Assembly (NCBI GenBank): GCA_002841295.1
Contig: PHEU01000007.1
Coordinates: forward strand, 6,417 to 70,416
Reading direction: 5' to 3'
DNA: 64,000 nt
Source: Actinobacteria bacterium HGW-Actinobacteria-6
Lineage (GTDB): Bacteria > Actinomycetota > Coriobacteriia > Anaerosomatales > Anaerosomataceae
In this document: in pieces, positions 54,990 through 62,428 of the stretch
How the letters are laid out: the number at the start of each line of letters is the position of its first letter
Position numbering within the stretch: the stretch's first letter is position 1
Translations under genes and position numbers: made by a program
Notes under the pieces: generated by a model
What the model was told of the DNA's origin: nothing
What the model saw: only the letters and a program-made list of their open reading frames with translations
Databases searched by the model: none

Positions 54990-55772
54990 TTGGAAATCGA
55001 CCTGGAACATCGATTCGATGCGCACGTATGTGTTGTGCGTATGGATGGAGAGCTTGATCTTGGTACCGTCCCGCAGGTCCGGGACAGGATTTCTGACGCA
55101 CTAGCGAGTGGGTGCGTGAACGTTGTACTCGATATGTCACGCGTTGCGTATGCGGACAGTTCAGCGTTCGGACTTCTGGTTTGGCTGGATCGGGAGCTGG
55201 AGCCTCGTGGAGGCAAGCTGGTTCTGGCTGGAGCGAACCTCAATGTGGGACGTGTATTGGAGCTTTCCGGGCTCGTTGGTGCTGCGCCTACCATCGCAGC
55301 TGCTGACGATGTATCGAGCGCGCTCTCCGGGCTAGTGGTTATCGACAAGAACGAGCCGCCGCTTTGGGTTGAGCGAATCACGTTGCCTGCGTCTGCTGAT
55401 ACGCTGGCTGCCGCTCGAGCGCGCGTTTGTGAGATGCTCGAGTCCCTCAGTATTCCTGAGACGAGTCTGTTCGACATTCGCGTTGCGGTCGGGGAGGCCC
55501 TCGCGAATGCTATTCGGCACGGGTCGCCGGGTGGTGAAGCAGACACGATATCCGCCGAGCTGAGTGCATTTTCAGACCGGGTCATGATTCGCGTGTCAGA
55601 CTCGGGCAGCGGTTTTGATGGGTGCGCCTCGCCGAGCGGAGACCTTTACGCGGCATCAGGTCGCGGGGTCATGTTCATGCGCGCTCTGATGGATCAGGTT
55701 GAGTTCGAATCTTGTACAGATGGCGGAACGGTTGTGACGCTCGTTAAGCACACGGTCAGGGAGCATGTCTAG
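54990..55772 (+). CDS. Fusion protein: STAS anti-sigma-factor antagonist (RsbV/SpoIIAA-like) plus anti-sigma factor serine kinase (RsbW/SpoIIAB-like HATPase_c)
   Basis: The N-terminal half has STAS features: VVRMDGELDLGTVPQVRD, VVLDMSRVAYADSSAFGLLV (phosphorylatable Ser context), and LAGANLNVGRVLELSGL. The C-terminal half has the kinase N-box VAVGEALANAIRHG and G-boxes (VSDSGSGFD, GRGVMFMRALMD). Confidence 0.8.
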   Translation: MEIDLEHRFDAHVCVVRMDGELDLGTVPQVRDRISDALASGCVNVVLDMSRVAYADSSAFGLLVWLDRELEPRGGKLVLAGANLNVGRVLELSGLVGAAPTIAAADDVSSALSGLVVIDKNEPPLWVERITLPASADTLAAARARVCEMLESLSIPETSLFDIRVAVGEALANAIRHGSPGGEADTISAELSAFSDRVMIRVSDSGSGFDGCASPSGDLYAASGRGVMFMRALMDQVEFESCTDGGTVVTLVKHTVREHV

Positions 55773-55880
55773 CCGCGCAGCGTAAGTGCGCACAGGGGCT
55801 CGAACGGTTATGCTGTACATGGCTGGGCGGTTAGCAACGCTCCGACCTTGACTCCTGTTCGTTCTCCGTGGAGGTGCCTG

Positions 55881-56450
55881 ATGGAGTTGCTTGCCGCATT
55901 GCGCAACCGTCATTCGACCCGGCTCTTCAAGAGCCAGCCGGTCAGCGACGAAGAAATCCGTGCGCTGTGCGACGCGGCGTTGCTGGCACCATCGGCTATG
56001 AACAGCCAGCCGTGGCATTTCTATGTCGCTACAGGCGATTCCCGGAATGTGGTCGGCGAGATCATGTCGCTCACCACACTTCATCTCCAGGAGTACATTG
56101 AGGTTCTCGGGGTTGAGGTTGTCGAACGCGCGGCTCGGTTCTACGAGGACATGGGAATGGCCCCCGTCATCATCGCGGTCGCTACGCCGGTGTTCACTGA
56201 TTCTACAGAACAGCGTGACGCCTACATTGCAGTGGGTGCCGCTATCGAGAACTTCTTGCTGCTCGCGGTTGATTCCGGTCTAGGGGCCTGCAATATTTCA
56301 GCCCCACGGTGGGTGGTCGATCAGCTGATGGACGCATTCGGCATCCCTGAGAACAACGTGATCGCCTCGCTCATCATCGTCGGGCACCCCGATGAGGCTC
56401 CGCTCGCGCAGGAGCGCCACCGCGACGTGGTGACTTTCGTCTCCAGATGA
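55881..56450 (+). CDS. Nitroreductase-family flavoprotein
   Basis: Start at ATG 55881 after GGAGGTG. RHSTRLF..QPV and APSAMNSQPWHF are nitroreductase motifs. Confidence 0.85.
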   Translation: MELLAALRNRHSTRLFKSQPVSDEEIRALCDAALLAPSAMNSQPWHFYVATGDSRNVVGEIMSLTTLHLQEYIEVLGVEVVERAARFYEDMGMAPVIIAVATPVFTDSTEQRDAYIAVGAAIENFLLLAVDSGLGACNISAPRWVVDQLMDAFGIPENNVIASLIIVGHPDEAPLAQERHRDVVTFVSR

Positions 56451-57154
56451 TTCTTCGAGCTGTCTTCTTCGATGTGGGCAATACGTTGCTGCGCCCGTTT
56501 CCGAGCGTTTCAGAGGTGTGCCGTCAGGTTCTCGCCGAGGCAGGTCATGTGCATGACCTCTCGGCAATTGATGCGCTCATGCCTCTAGTTGATGAATACT
56601 ATGAGGATCGCTACCGCGCCGACGATACCTTCTGGACTGACGAGGAGGAGACATCCTCCGTCTGGGTGGGGATGTACTCGCTCATGTGTCGGCGACTAGG
56701 CATCAAAGATGACGCTGTCCATCTGGCGCGCAGGGTCTATGAAGAGTTCGGCAAACCGTCCCGGTGGGCAGCGTACCCGGACGTCTTGCCAGCGCTCGAC
56801 CGTCTTCGCGCAATGGACTTGCGGCTCGGCGTCATCTCAAATTGGGATAGCCGTTTGTCCGGATTGCTTGAGGCATTGGGTATCGGTGAACGTATGGATT
56901 TCGTGCTTTCTTCCGCCGAGGTAGGATTGCACAAGCCAGATCCTCGAATCTTCGAGTTGGCATGCGAGCGAATGGGTGTTCTGCCGGAAGAGGCTGCTCA
57001 TGTGGGAGATCACCACTACGCAGATGTGCTTGGTGCGAGGGCAGTGGGGATGACTCCGGTTCTGATCGACCGGAGTGGGCAGATGCCGTTGCTGGTGGGA
57101 CCTGCTCCAATAACAGACTTCGATACGCTCGAGGCAGTTCTCGGGCTGAGCTAG
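56447..57154 (+). CDS. HAD-superfamily hydrolase (subfamily IA)
   Basis: Motif I FFDVGNTLL, motif II ISNW, and motif III-IV K...HVGDHHYADVLGA. Confidence 0.85.
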   Translation: MILRAVFFDVGNTLLRPFPSVSEVCRQVLAEAGHVHDLSAIDALMPLVDEYYEDRYRADDTFWTDEEETSSVWVGMYSLMCRRLGIKDDAVHLARRVYEEFGKPSRWAAYPDVLPALDRLRAMDLRLGVISNWDSRLSGLLEALGIGERMDFVLSSAEVGLHKPDPRIFELACERMGVLPEEAAHVGDHHYADVLGARAVGMTPVLIDRSGQMPLLVGPAPITDFDTLEAVLGLS

Positions 57155-57164
57155 GGGAGGACCG

Positions 57165-58649
57165 ATGGCGGTCAAGGATCTTCGTGAGTTCATGGCGCTG
57201 CTTGAGAGCCGGGGCGAGTTGAAGCGTGTGTCGGCGGAGTTGGACCCGGTGCTGGAAATCGGGGAAGTCACCGATCGCGTCAGCAAGGCGAATGGGCCCG
57301 GACTGCTCTTCGAGAACCCGGTGGACCGCTCGACTGGCAAGCGGTACACCATGCCGGTTGCAATCAATCTCATGGGCTCATATGACCGTATGGCCTGGGC
57401 TATGGGTGTTGATGCCGAGACGGGCTCGTGGAAGGACCTGGACGCGGTAGCGAAGCGGGTTATGGACAAGCTGCCGCTCGACATGCCTGCCTCGATGAAG
57501 GGCAAGCTCGACGTGCTGATGGGCCTCAAGGATCTTGCGGGGGCGGGCCCGAAAGAGATCAAGAAGGCACCGTGCCAGGAGGTCGTGCTGCGTGGCGACG
57601 ATGTCGATCTTGGCATTCTGCCCGTTCTCAAGACGTGGCCGGACGATGGTGGACCGTTCATCACACTCCCGCTGGTTGTGACGGCTGATCTCAAGGGCAA
57701 GCCCAATATCGGCATGTATCGCATGCAGGTGTTCGACCGCACTACCACGGGGATGCACATCCACGAGCACCATGACGGCGCGAGAAATCTCCGCGAGCAG
57801 TTCGCAGCTGGCGTGACGCGCGTACCGGTCTCGGTTGCACTCGGAGCCGATCCCGTCACGATCTTCTCGGCAACAGCTCCTGTGCCGCCCATCATCGACG
57901 AGTATCTGTTCGCGGGAATACTGCGCGGTGAGAGCGTCGAGGTCGTCAAGTGTGTCACTAACGACCTGCTTGTTCCTGCGCACGCCGAGATCATCTTGGA
58001 GGGATACGTCGAGGCGGGGGAGACACGCTGGGAGGGCCCATTCGGCGACCACACCGGCTACTACTCGCTTGCCGATAACTTCCCGGTCTTTCACGTGGAA
58101 GCGATCACCATGCGCAAGGACGCCATCTATCCGGCGACCATCGTTGGTCGACCGCCGATGGAAGACTGCTACCTCGGCAAGGCGACAGAGCGGCTCTTCC
58201 TGCCGGTGGTCAAGGCGATGATGCCGGAGGTCGTCGACTACGACCTACCGCTCGAAGGCGTGTTCCACAACTGCGTTATCTTCCAGATCAAGAAGGAGTT
58301 CGCGGGACAGGCGTTCCGTGTGATGAACTTCGCGTGGTCGATGGGACAGATGATGTTCACTAAGTTCGTGATCGTGGTCGATGAAGACGTGGATTGTCAC
58401 GATTACTCGCAGGTGGCATGGCGCTGCTTCAACAACGTCGATCCGAGCAGGGACATCCTCGTCTCCAAGGGGCCGCTTGATCGCCTCGATCACAGCAGCA
58501 ATCTGCAGTCCTTCGGCTACAAGATGGGCATCGACGCCACTCGGCCGGTTGAGAACGAGGGTCATGACCGAGGCTGGCCCGACGCGCTTGAGATGACTGC
58601 TGAGGTCAAAGAGCGCATCGACAGCGTGTGGGGGAGTCTCGGCCTGTGA
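57165..58649 (+). CDS. ubiD: UbiD-family (prFMN-dependent) decarboxylase
   Basis: 494 aa. LREFMALLESRGELKRV N-terminus, PGLLFENP, MYRMQV, and FGDHTGYYS. Confidence 0.9.
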   Translation: MAVKDLREFMALLESRGELKRVSAELDPVLEIGEVTDRVSKANGPGLLFENPVDRSTGKRYTMPVAINLMGSYDRMAWAMGVDAETGSWKDLDAVAKRVMDKLPLDMPASMKGKLDVLMGLKDLAGAGPKEIKKAPCQEVVLRGDDVDLGILPVLKTWPDDGGPFITLPLVVTADLKGKPNIGMYRMQVFDRTTTGMHIHEHHDGARNLREQFAAGVTRVPVSVALGADPVTIFSATAPVPPIIDEYLFAGILRGESVEVVKCVTNDLLVPAHAEIILEGYVEAGETRWEGPFGDHTGYYSLADNFPVFHVEAITMRKDAIYPATIVGRPPMEDCYLGKATERLFLPVVKAMMPEVVDYDLPLEGVFHNCVIFQIKKEFAGQAFRVMNFAWSMGQMMFTKFVIVVDEDVDCHDYSQVAWRCFNNVDPSRDILVSKGPLDRLDHSSNLQSFGYKMGIDATRPVENEGHDRGWPDALEMTAEVKERIDSVWGSLGL

Positions 58650-59536
58650 TCAGAGTCGTCGAGAAGCTGAAGGTGCTGCTTGAGCTCGTGAAGTTCGAGC
58701 ATTCGATCTTTGCGTTGCCGTATGCGTTCATCGGAGCGCTCTACGGCGCTGCGGCTGTCGCCAGCGATAATGGTGCTGGTTGGCCCACGCCTGCAGCGAT
58801 TCTCTGGGTCGCAGTTGCGATGGTGGGTGCCCGGGCGTTCGCCTTCGTACTGAACCGGGCGGTCGACAAGGAGATTGACGCCAGGAACCCACGGACCGCG
58901 GGCCGCGCGATACCCGCCGGACTGATCAAGGCGTGGGAGCTCTGGCTGTTCGCGGTGTTCATGTTTGCCGCATACCTGCACGCTGTCTTCCAGCTCGCCC
59001 CCATCACACACTGGTTGTGGCCCGTCCCGCTCGCTGCCTTTGTGGCATACCCGTACATGAAGCGATTCACTCCGCTGTGTCACTACTGGCTTGGCCTCTG
59101 CCTCGGACTCGCGCCTGTTGCCGGGTGGGTGGCTGTCGGTGCGCCGATCAGCTCGTCCGCTCCGTGGGTTTTCGGTCTGGCCGTCATGCTATGGACTGCG
59201 GGCTTTGACATGATCTACGCCACGCAAGACGTCGCCTGCGATGTACGTGACGGCATCCACAGTATGCCTGCGGACTTCGGAATCCCTGTCGCGCTGCTGC
59301 AGACGCGAATCACGCACGTGCTGACGGTTCTGCTGCTTGCGTTCGGTGGAGTCCTCGCTGGTGTAGGCTGGGCGTGGTACGCGGGTGTGAGTCTGGCTGC
59401 GGCACTCTTGTGGTATGAGAACAGCATCGTGCGGGCGGATGATCTGTCGAAGGTCAACGCGGCGTTCTTCACAGTGAATGGCGTCATCGCGGTCGTCGTG
59501 TTTGTCGGCTCGCTCGTAGATCGCCTTCTCGGCTAG
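58628..59536 (+). CDS. ubiA: UbiA-family aromatic prenyltransferase (4-hydroxybenzoate polyprenyltransferase / MqnP-like)
   Basis: NRAVDKEIDARNPRT (first Asp-rich motif) and a second motif YATQDVACD. Eight to nine TM helices. The start may be GTG 58646, overlapping the ubiD stop. Confidence 0.88.
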   Translation: MGESRPVIRVVEKLKVLLELVKFEHSIFALPYAFIGALYGAAAVASDNGAGWPTPAAILWVAVAMVGARAFAFVLNRAVDKEIDARNPRTAGRAIPAGLIKAWELWLFAVFMFAAYLHAVFQLAPITHWLWPVPLAAFVAYPYMKRFTPLCHYWLGLCLGLAPVAGWVAVGAPISSSAPWVFGLAVMLWTAGFDMIYATQDVACDVRDGIHSMPADFGIPVALLQTRITHVLTVLLLAFGGVLAGVGWAWYAGVSLAAALLWYENSIVRADDLSKVNAAFFTVNGVIAVVVFVGSLVDRLLG

Positions 59537-59547
59537 GAGAGGTTGTT

Positions 59548-60144
59548 ATGAAGCACTACGTCGTCGTCATCACGGGAGCATCAGGTTCAGTCTACGGACT
59601 GCGGGCGGTCGAGCAGTTGCTGACCTCGGGCCACACGGTCTCGCTCGTCGCCACGCCGACCGGCGCTGAGGTCATGGCATACGAGACTGGTCTCAGACTT
59701 CCTGAGACGTCCGCTAAGGAGACGGTGCTGCGGTTTCTTGATCTTCCGCCGGATGCGCCTTTGCGGGTGGTTCCCGACAATGACATGTTCGATGCGGTCG
59801 CTAGCGGTTCGAGCAGTGTCGACGGGGTCATTGTGGTTCCGGCTTCAATGGGGTTCGTCGCCTCGGTCGCGGCTGGTCTCGGCAGCGATCTCGCCGAGCG
59901 AGCAGCGGATGTGGCTCTCAAAGAGCGCCGTCCCCTGGTCCTTGTGCCACGTGAGACGCCGCTCAACCTCATCCACCTGCGGAACATGACGTCCCTTGCC
60001 GAGGCGGGAGCGATTATCGTTCCGGCCATGCCGGCGTTCTATCAGCGTCCGGAGACGCTCGACGATATGGTCAACTTCGTCGTCGGCAAGGCTCTGGACG
60101 TTTTAGGGGTGGAGCATGAGCTCTATCCGCGCTGGCGCGAATAG
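59548..60144 (+). CDS. ubiX: UbiX-family flavin prenyltransferase
   Basis: 198 aa. VVVITGASGSVYG, VPASMG, RRPLVLVPRETPL, PAFY. Confidence 0.9.
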   Translation: MKHYVVVITGASGSVYGLRAVEQLLTSGHTVSLVATPTGAEVMAYETGLRLPETSAKETVLRFLDLPPDAPLRVVPDNDMFDAVASGSSSVDGVIVVPASMGFVASVAAGLGSDLAERAADVALKERRPLVLVPRETPLNLIHLRNMTSLAEAGAIIVPAMPAFYQRPETLDDMVNFVVGKALDVLGVEHELYPRWRE

Positions 60145-60261
60145 GCGCTCGCTTGACGTTTGAGTGTCAACGGGGGCACAATCTTCACATAGCAGGGGTC
60201 TCCATCACACCACAGTCGTAGTACCAGTCGTAGAAGCAGTAGTCGTAGAAGGAGAAGTGCC

Positions 60262-60414
60262 ATGACCCTGGCGCAAGCGCGTAAGCGCTATCCGCTCGTT
60301 CCCCGAGAGATTCTCAAATGGGCGATAGACAATATCGCTGATCAGCAGGATCTTGAGCGCGGCCTCCATCGCCTTGAGCAGGCGAAACGCATTCAGGTGA
60401 AGTACGGCGTCTAG
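60262..60414 (+). CDS. Candidate 50-aa ORF (MTLAQARKRYPLVPREILKWAIDNIADQQDLERGLHRLEQAKRIQVKYGV)
   Basis: Below the ORF-track cutoff; found by reading. GAAGGAGAAG lies 5 nt upstream of the ATG. A possible promoter is TTGACG (60153-60158)-N18-CACAAT (60177-60182). No family recognised. Confidence 0.35.
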   Translation: MTLAQARKRYPLVPREILKWAIDNIADQQDLERGLHRLEQAKRIQVKYGV

Positions 60415-60540
60415 TTCTGGACGCCCTGTGCACCACCCCTCACCCCTGCGTGCGGCCGCGCGAGACGCCCCCTCGGCTTGCGTGACCCCCACCGCACGCG
60501 ACACCTGGATGCATGCCGGTGTGTTCAGGTGGCAATGAAA

Positions 60541-60569
60541 CGGCCCGCCTGCGATTTGCAGGCGGGCCG
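60541..60569 (-). terminator. Terminator hairpin 3' of tRNA-Cys
   Basis: CGGCCCGCCTGC-(loop)-GCAGGCGGGCCG. On the minus strand it is followed by TTTCATT. Confidence 0.6.
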
Positions 60570-60579
60570 AACTCATACC

Positions 60580-60653
60580 TGGAGGCGACGCCCGGATTCG
60601 AACCGGGGATAAAGGCTTTGCAGGCCTCTGCCTTGCCACTTGGCGACGTCGCC
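60580..60653 (-). tRNA. tRNA-Cys (anticodon GCA), CCA encoded
   Basis: The reverse complement folds as GGCGACG...anticodon loop CTGCAAA...GGTTCGAATCC...CGTCGCC-T-CCA. Confidence 0.9.
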
Positions 60654-60747
60654 GTTTTAGGGGGAGCAAGTCGCTCCCTGCTTAAGAAAAGAAGGTCGGC
60701 CCCGATGGGCTTTGGAGAGCCTCGGACCAACCTTCCGGGGTGAACTA

Positions 60748-60823
60748 TGGAGCGGACGACCGGATTCGAACCGGCGACCCCAACCTTGGCAAGGTTGTGC
60801 TCTACCAACTGAGCCACGTCCGC
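60748..60823 (-). tRNA. tRNA-Gly (anticodon GCC), CCA encoded
   Basis: Reverse complement: GCGGACG-TG-GCTCAGTTGGTAGAGC-A-CAACC-TTGCCAA-GGTTG-GGGTC-GCCGG-TTCGAAT-CCGGT-CGTCCGC-T-CCA. Confidence 0.92.
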
Positions 60824-60892
60824 GCGCAAGGGGTAGTCTACCAATGCTCGGATACTGCTACAATAGTCGTCGCTGTTCATTGGGCAGCAGAT

Positions 60893-60967
60893 GGGCGCTT
60901 AGCTCAGGGGGAGAGCACTTCCTTGACGCGGAAGGGGTCAGAGGTTCAAATCCTCTAGCGCCCACCA
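60893..60967 (+). tRNA. tRNA-Val (anticodon GAC), CCA encoded
   Basis: GGGCGCT-TA-GCTCAGGGGGAGAGC-A-CTTCC-TTGACGC-GGAAG-GGGTC-AGAGG-TTCAAAT-CCTCT-AGCGCCC-A-CCA. Confidence 0.92.
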
Positions 60968-61058
60968 TCGATGACAGAACGCCCCTTTGGGGTCTCTCCG
61001 GAGATACTCGAAGGGGCGTTTTAGTTGGCAGGACACTATCAGGACGGCACCTCGAGTC

Positions 61059-61988
61059 TCACTCCTTCGGCCGCAACTCTTCGACGACTCTGCTATCGAC
61101 CCACCAAATGTCGTCTTTCTGGGCGAAGAAGAGGTAGTTCCCGTCGGGGGAAACGCATGCTCCTCCGGCTACGGGATCAAAGCCATGTTTCGTGAGATCT
61201 ATCGCGTCTCCCCAGGATCCGTCCGCTTTTCTGAAGGAGACGAATAGATAGCTCCCGTCCACATCAAACAGAAGATAGCTTCCATCGGGGGCGATGCATG
61301 GGTGCGAGTAGTTCCCCGACGTGTTCGGTATGGTCAACCTCTCGTAGCTGACAAACACTCCGTTGGCGACAGTCACTCTGGCCAAATACGTCATGCCCTC
61401 GGTCTCGCTCGAAGACATATCTGTCGTGTATACCTGTCCATCCCGGCTTGAGCTTAGAAACATGCCTTGACCTGCGTAGTACGGTTCTGACCAGCCGTCC
61501 GCCGTTCTGTCGACTACGTAATACACCGGCCAGCCGGGCTTGCCTTCGGGCACGGGATGTCGCCACATGAAGTAGAGTCTCTTGTTATCAAGCGTGAGGT
61601 GGGGCTCACCAGCCGTATATCCGGCAGTCAATGCAAGTTGTTCGGGAGTTGTCCATGCTCCATCCACGATTCTTGTGAACAGTAGCGCGTTCTGTGAGTT
61701 GGCAGACATCCGATTGAAGTAGTATTCGCTGCCATCGGGAGAGAAGGTACCGGAGTACTCGAATTGGCTCGGGTCGGACACAATTCCGGGGGCAAACACC
61801 TCAGGTGTCATCCCGGGAGGTTCTTGACCGAGATAGGGACCACTCAATTGGGCCGTGGTGGTAGGAGTAGATGTCGGTTCGGAGGCAGCCTTCGGCTCGG
61901 CGTTTGCACAGCCGGTGAGAACGAGCAGCACTGCCATAAGTAAGAGGGCGCCTCTGACGGGCCGGAACACGGCTCTTCCTTTCGTCAT
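61059..61988 (-). CDS. Lipoprotein with TolB/PD40-like beta-propeller repeats
   Basis: Signal peptide with lipobox LLVLTGC, a Thr/Pro-rich linker, and repeated SPDG..(Y/L)(L/Y)F blades (FSPDGSEYYF, IAPDGSYLLF, VSPDGNYLFF). Confidence 0.7.
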   Translation of the reverse strand: MTKGRAVFRPVRGALLLMAVLLVLTGCANAEPKAASEPTSTPTTTAQLSGPYLGQEPPGMTPEVFAPGIVSDPSQFEYSGTFSPDGSEYYFNRMSANSQNALLFTRIVDGAWTTPEQLALTAGYTAGEPHLTLDNKRLYFMWRHPVPEGKPGWPVYYVVDRTADGWSEPYYAGQGMFLSSSRDGQVYTTDMSSSETEGMTYLARVTVANGVFVSYERLTIPNTSGNYSHPCIAPDGSYLLFDVDGSYLFVSFRKADGSWGDAIDLTKHGFDPVAGGACVSPDGNYLFFAQKDDIWWVDSRVVEELRPKE

Positions 61989-62428
61989 CAGGACACTTAT
62001 CCATGCAGACTCGACCTATTGGGCACCGTTCTGACAGCCAGCGTGAGGTGGCGTCTTCGGTTACCGGGCATATGCCCATCGCAATCGCCAAATAGCCCTC
62101 GAGAGCGATTCCCGCCCAGGACTTACGGGAATCAGGCAGGACTTCGTACGCGCCCCATATGCGTTTGGTTGGATCTCGACACGTCACGCGCGGTTCGAAG
62201 CGTCTTCTCTGTTACTTCCCCGCGTCCGCGCGAGGTGTACTTCGTCTGATTGAGCCGGAGTCATGTCCTGGCCCGTGCTCTTGCTCCTCGCCAAGCGCCT
62301 GGTTCTTCGCGCAATCGTCGCCCGCCCACTGTTCGGCTGAGGTTCTTTGCGTTATGCAGGTGGTTCCGGTTCGTGGTAACGCCGTATACTCGTTCGAACG
62401 AATGAGTCTCGAACAAAGGAGCAAGTCT

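Noticed and set aside
61989-62428. c-di-AMP (ydaO) riboswitch or other known leader upstream of the CWB2-YkuD gene
   Set aside because: I could not find the conserved ydaO blocks as I recall them (GGGGACCCA, CGGGGUGAAUC, ACCCGA). Only generic stems are present.
60893-62428. Genomic island integrated at tRNA-Val
   Set aside because: There is no integrase, no recombinase and no direct repeat of the tRNA 3' end downstream. Only one ordinary lipoprotein gene is present.
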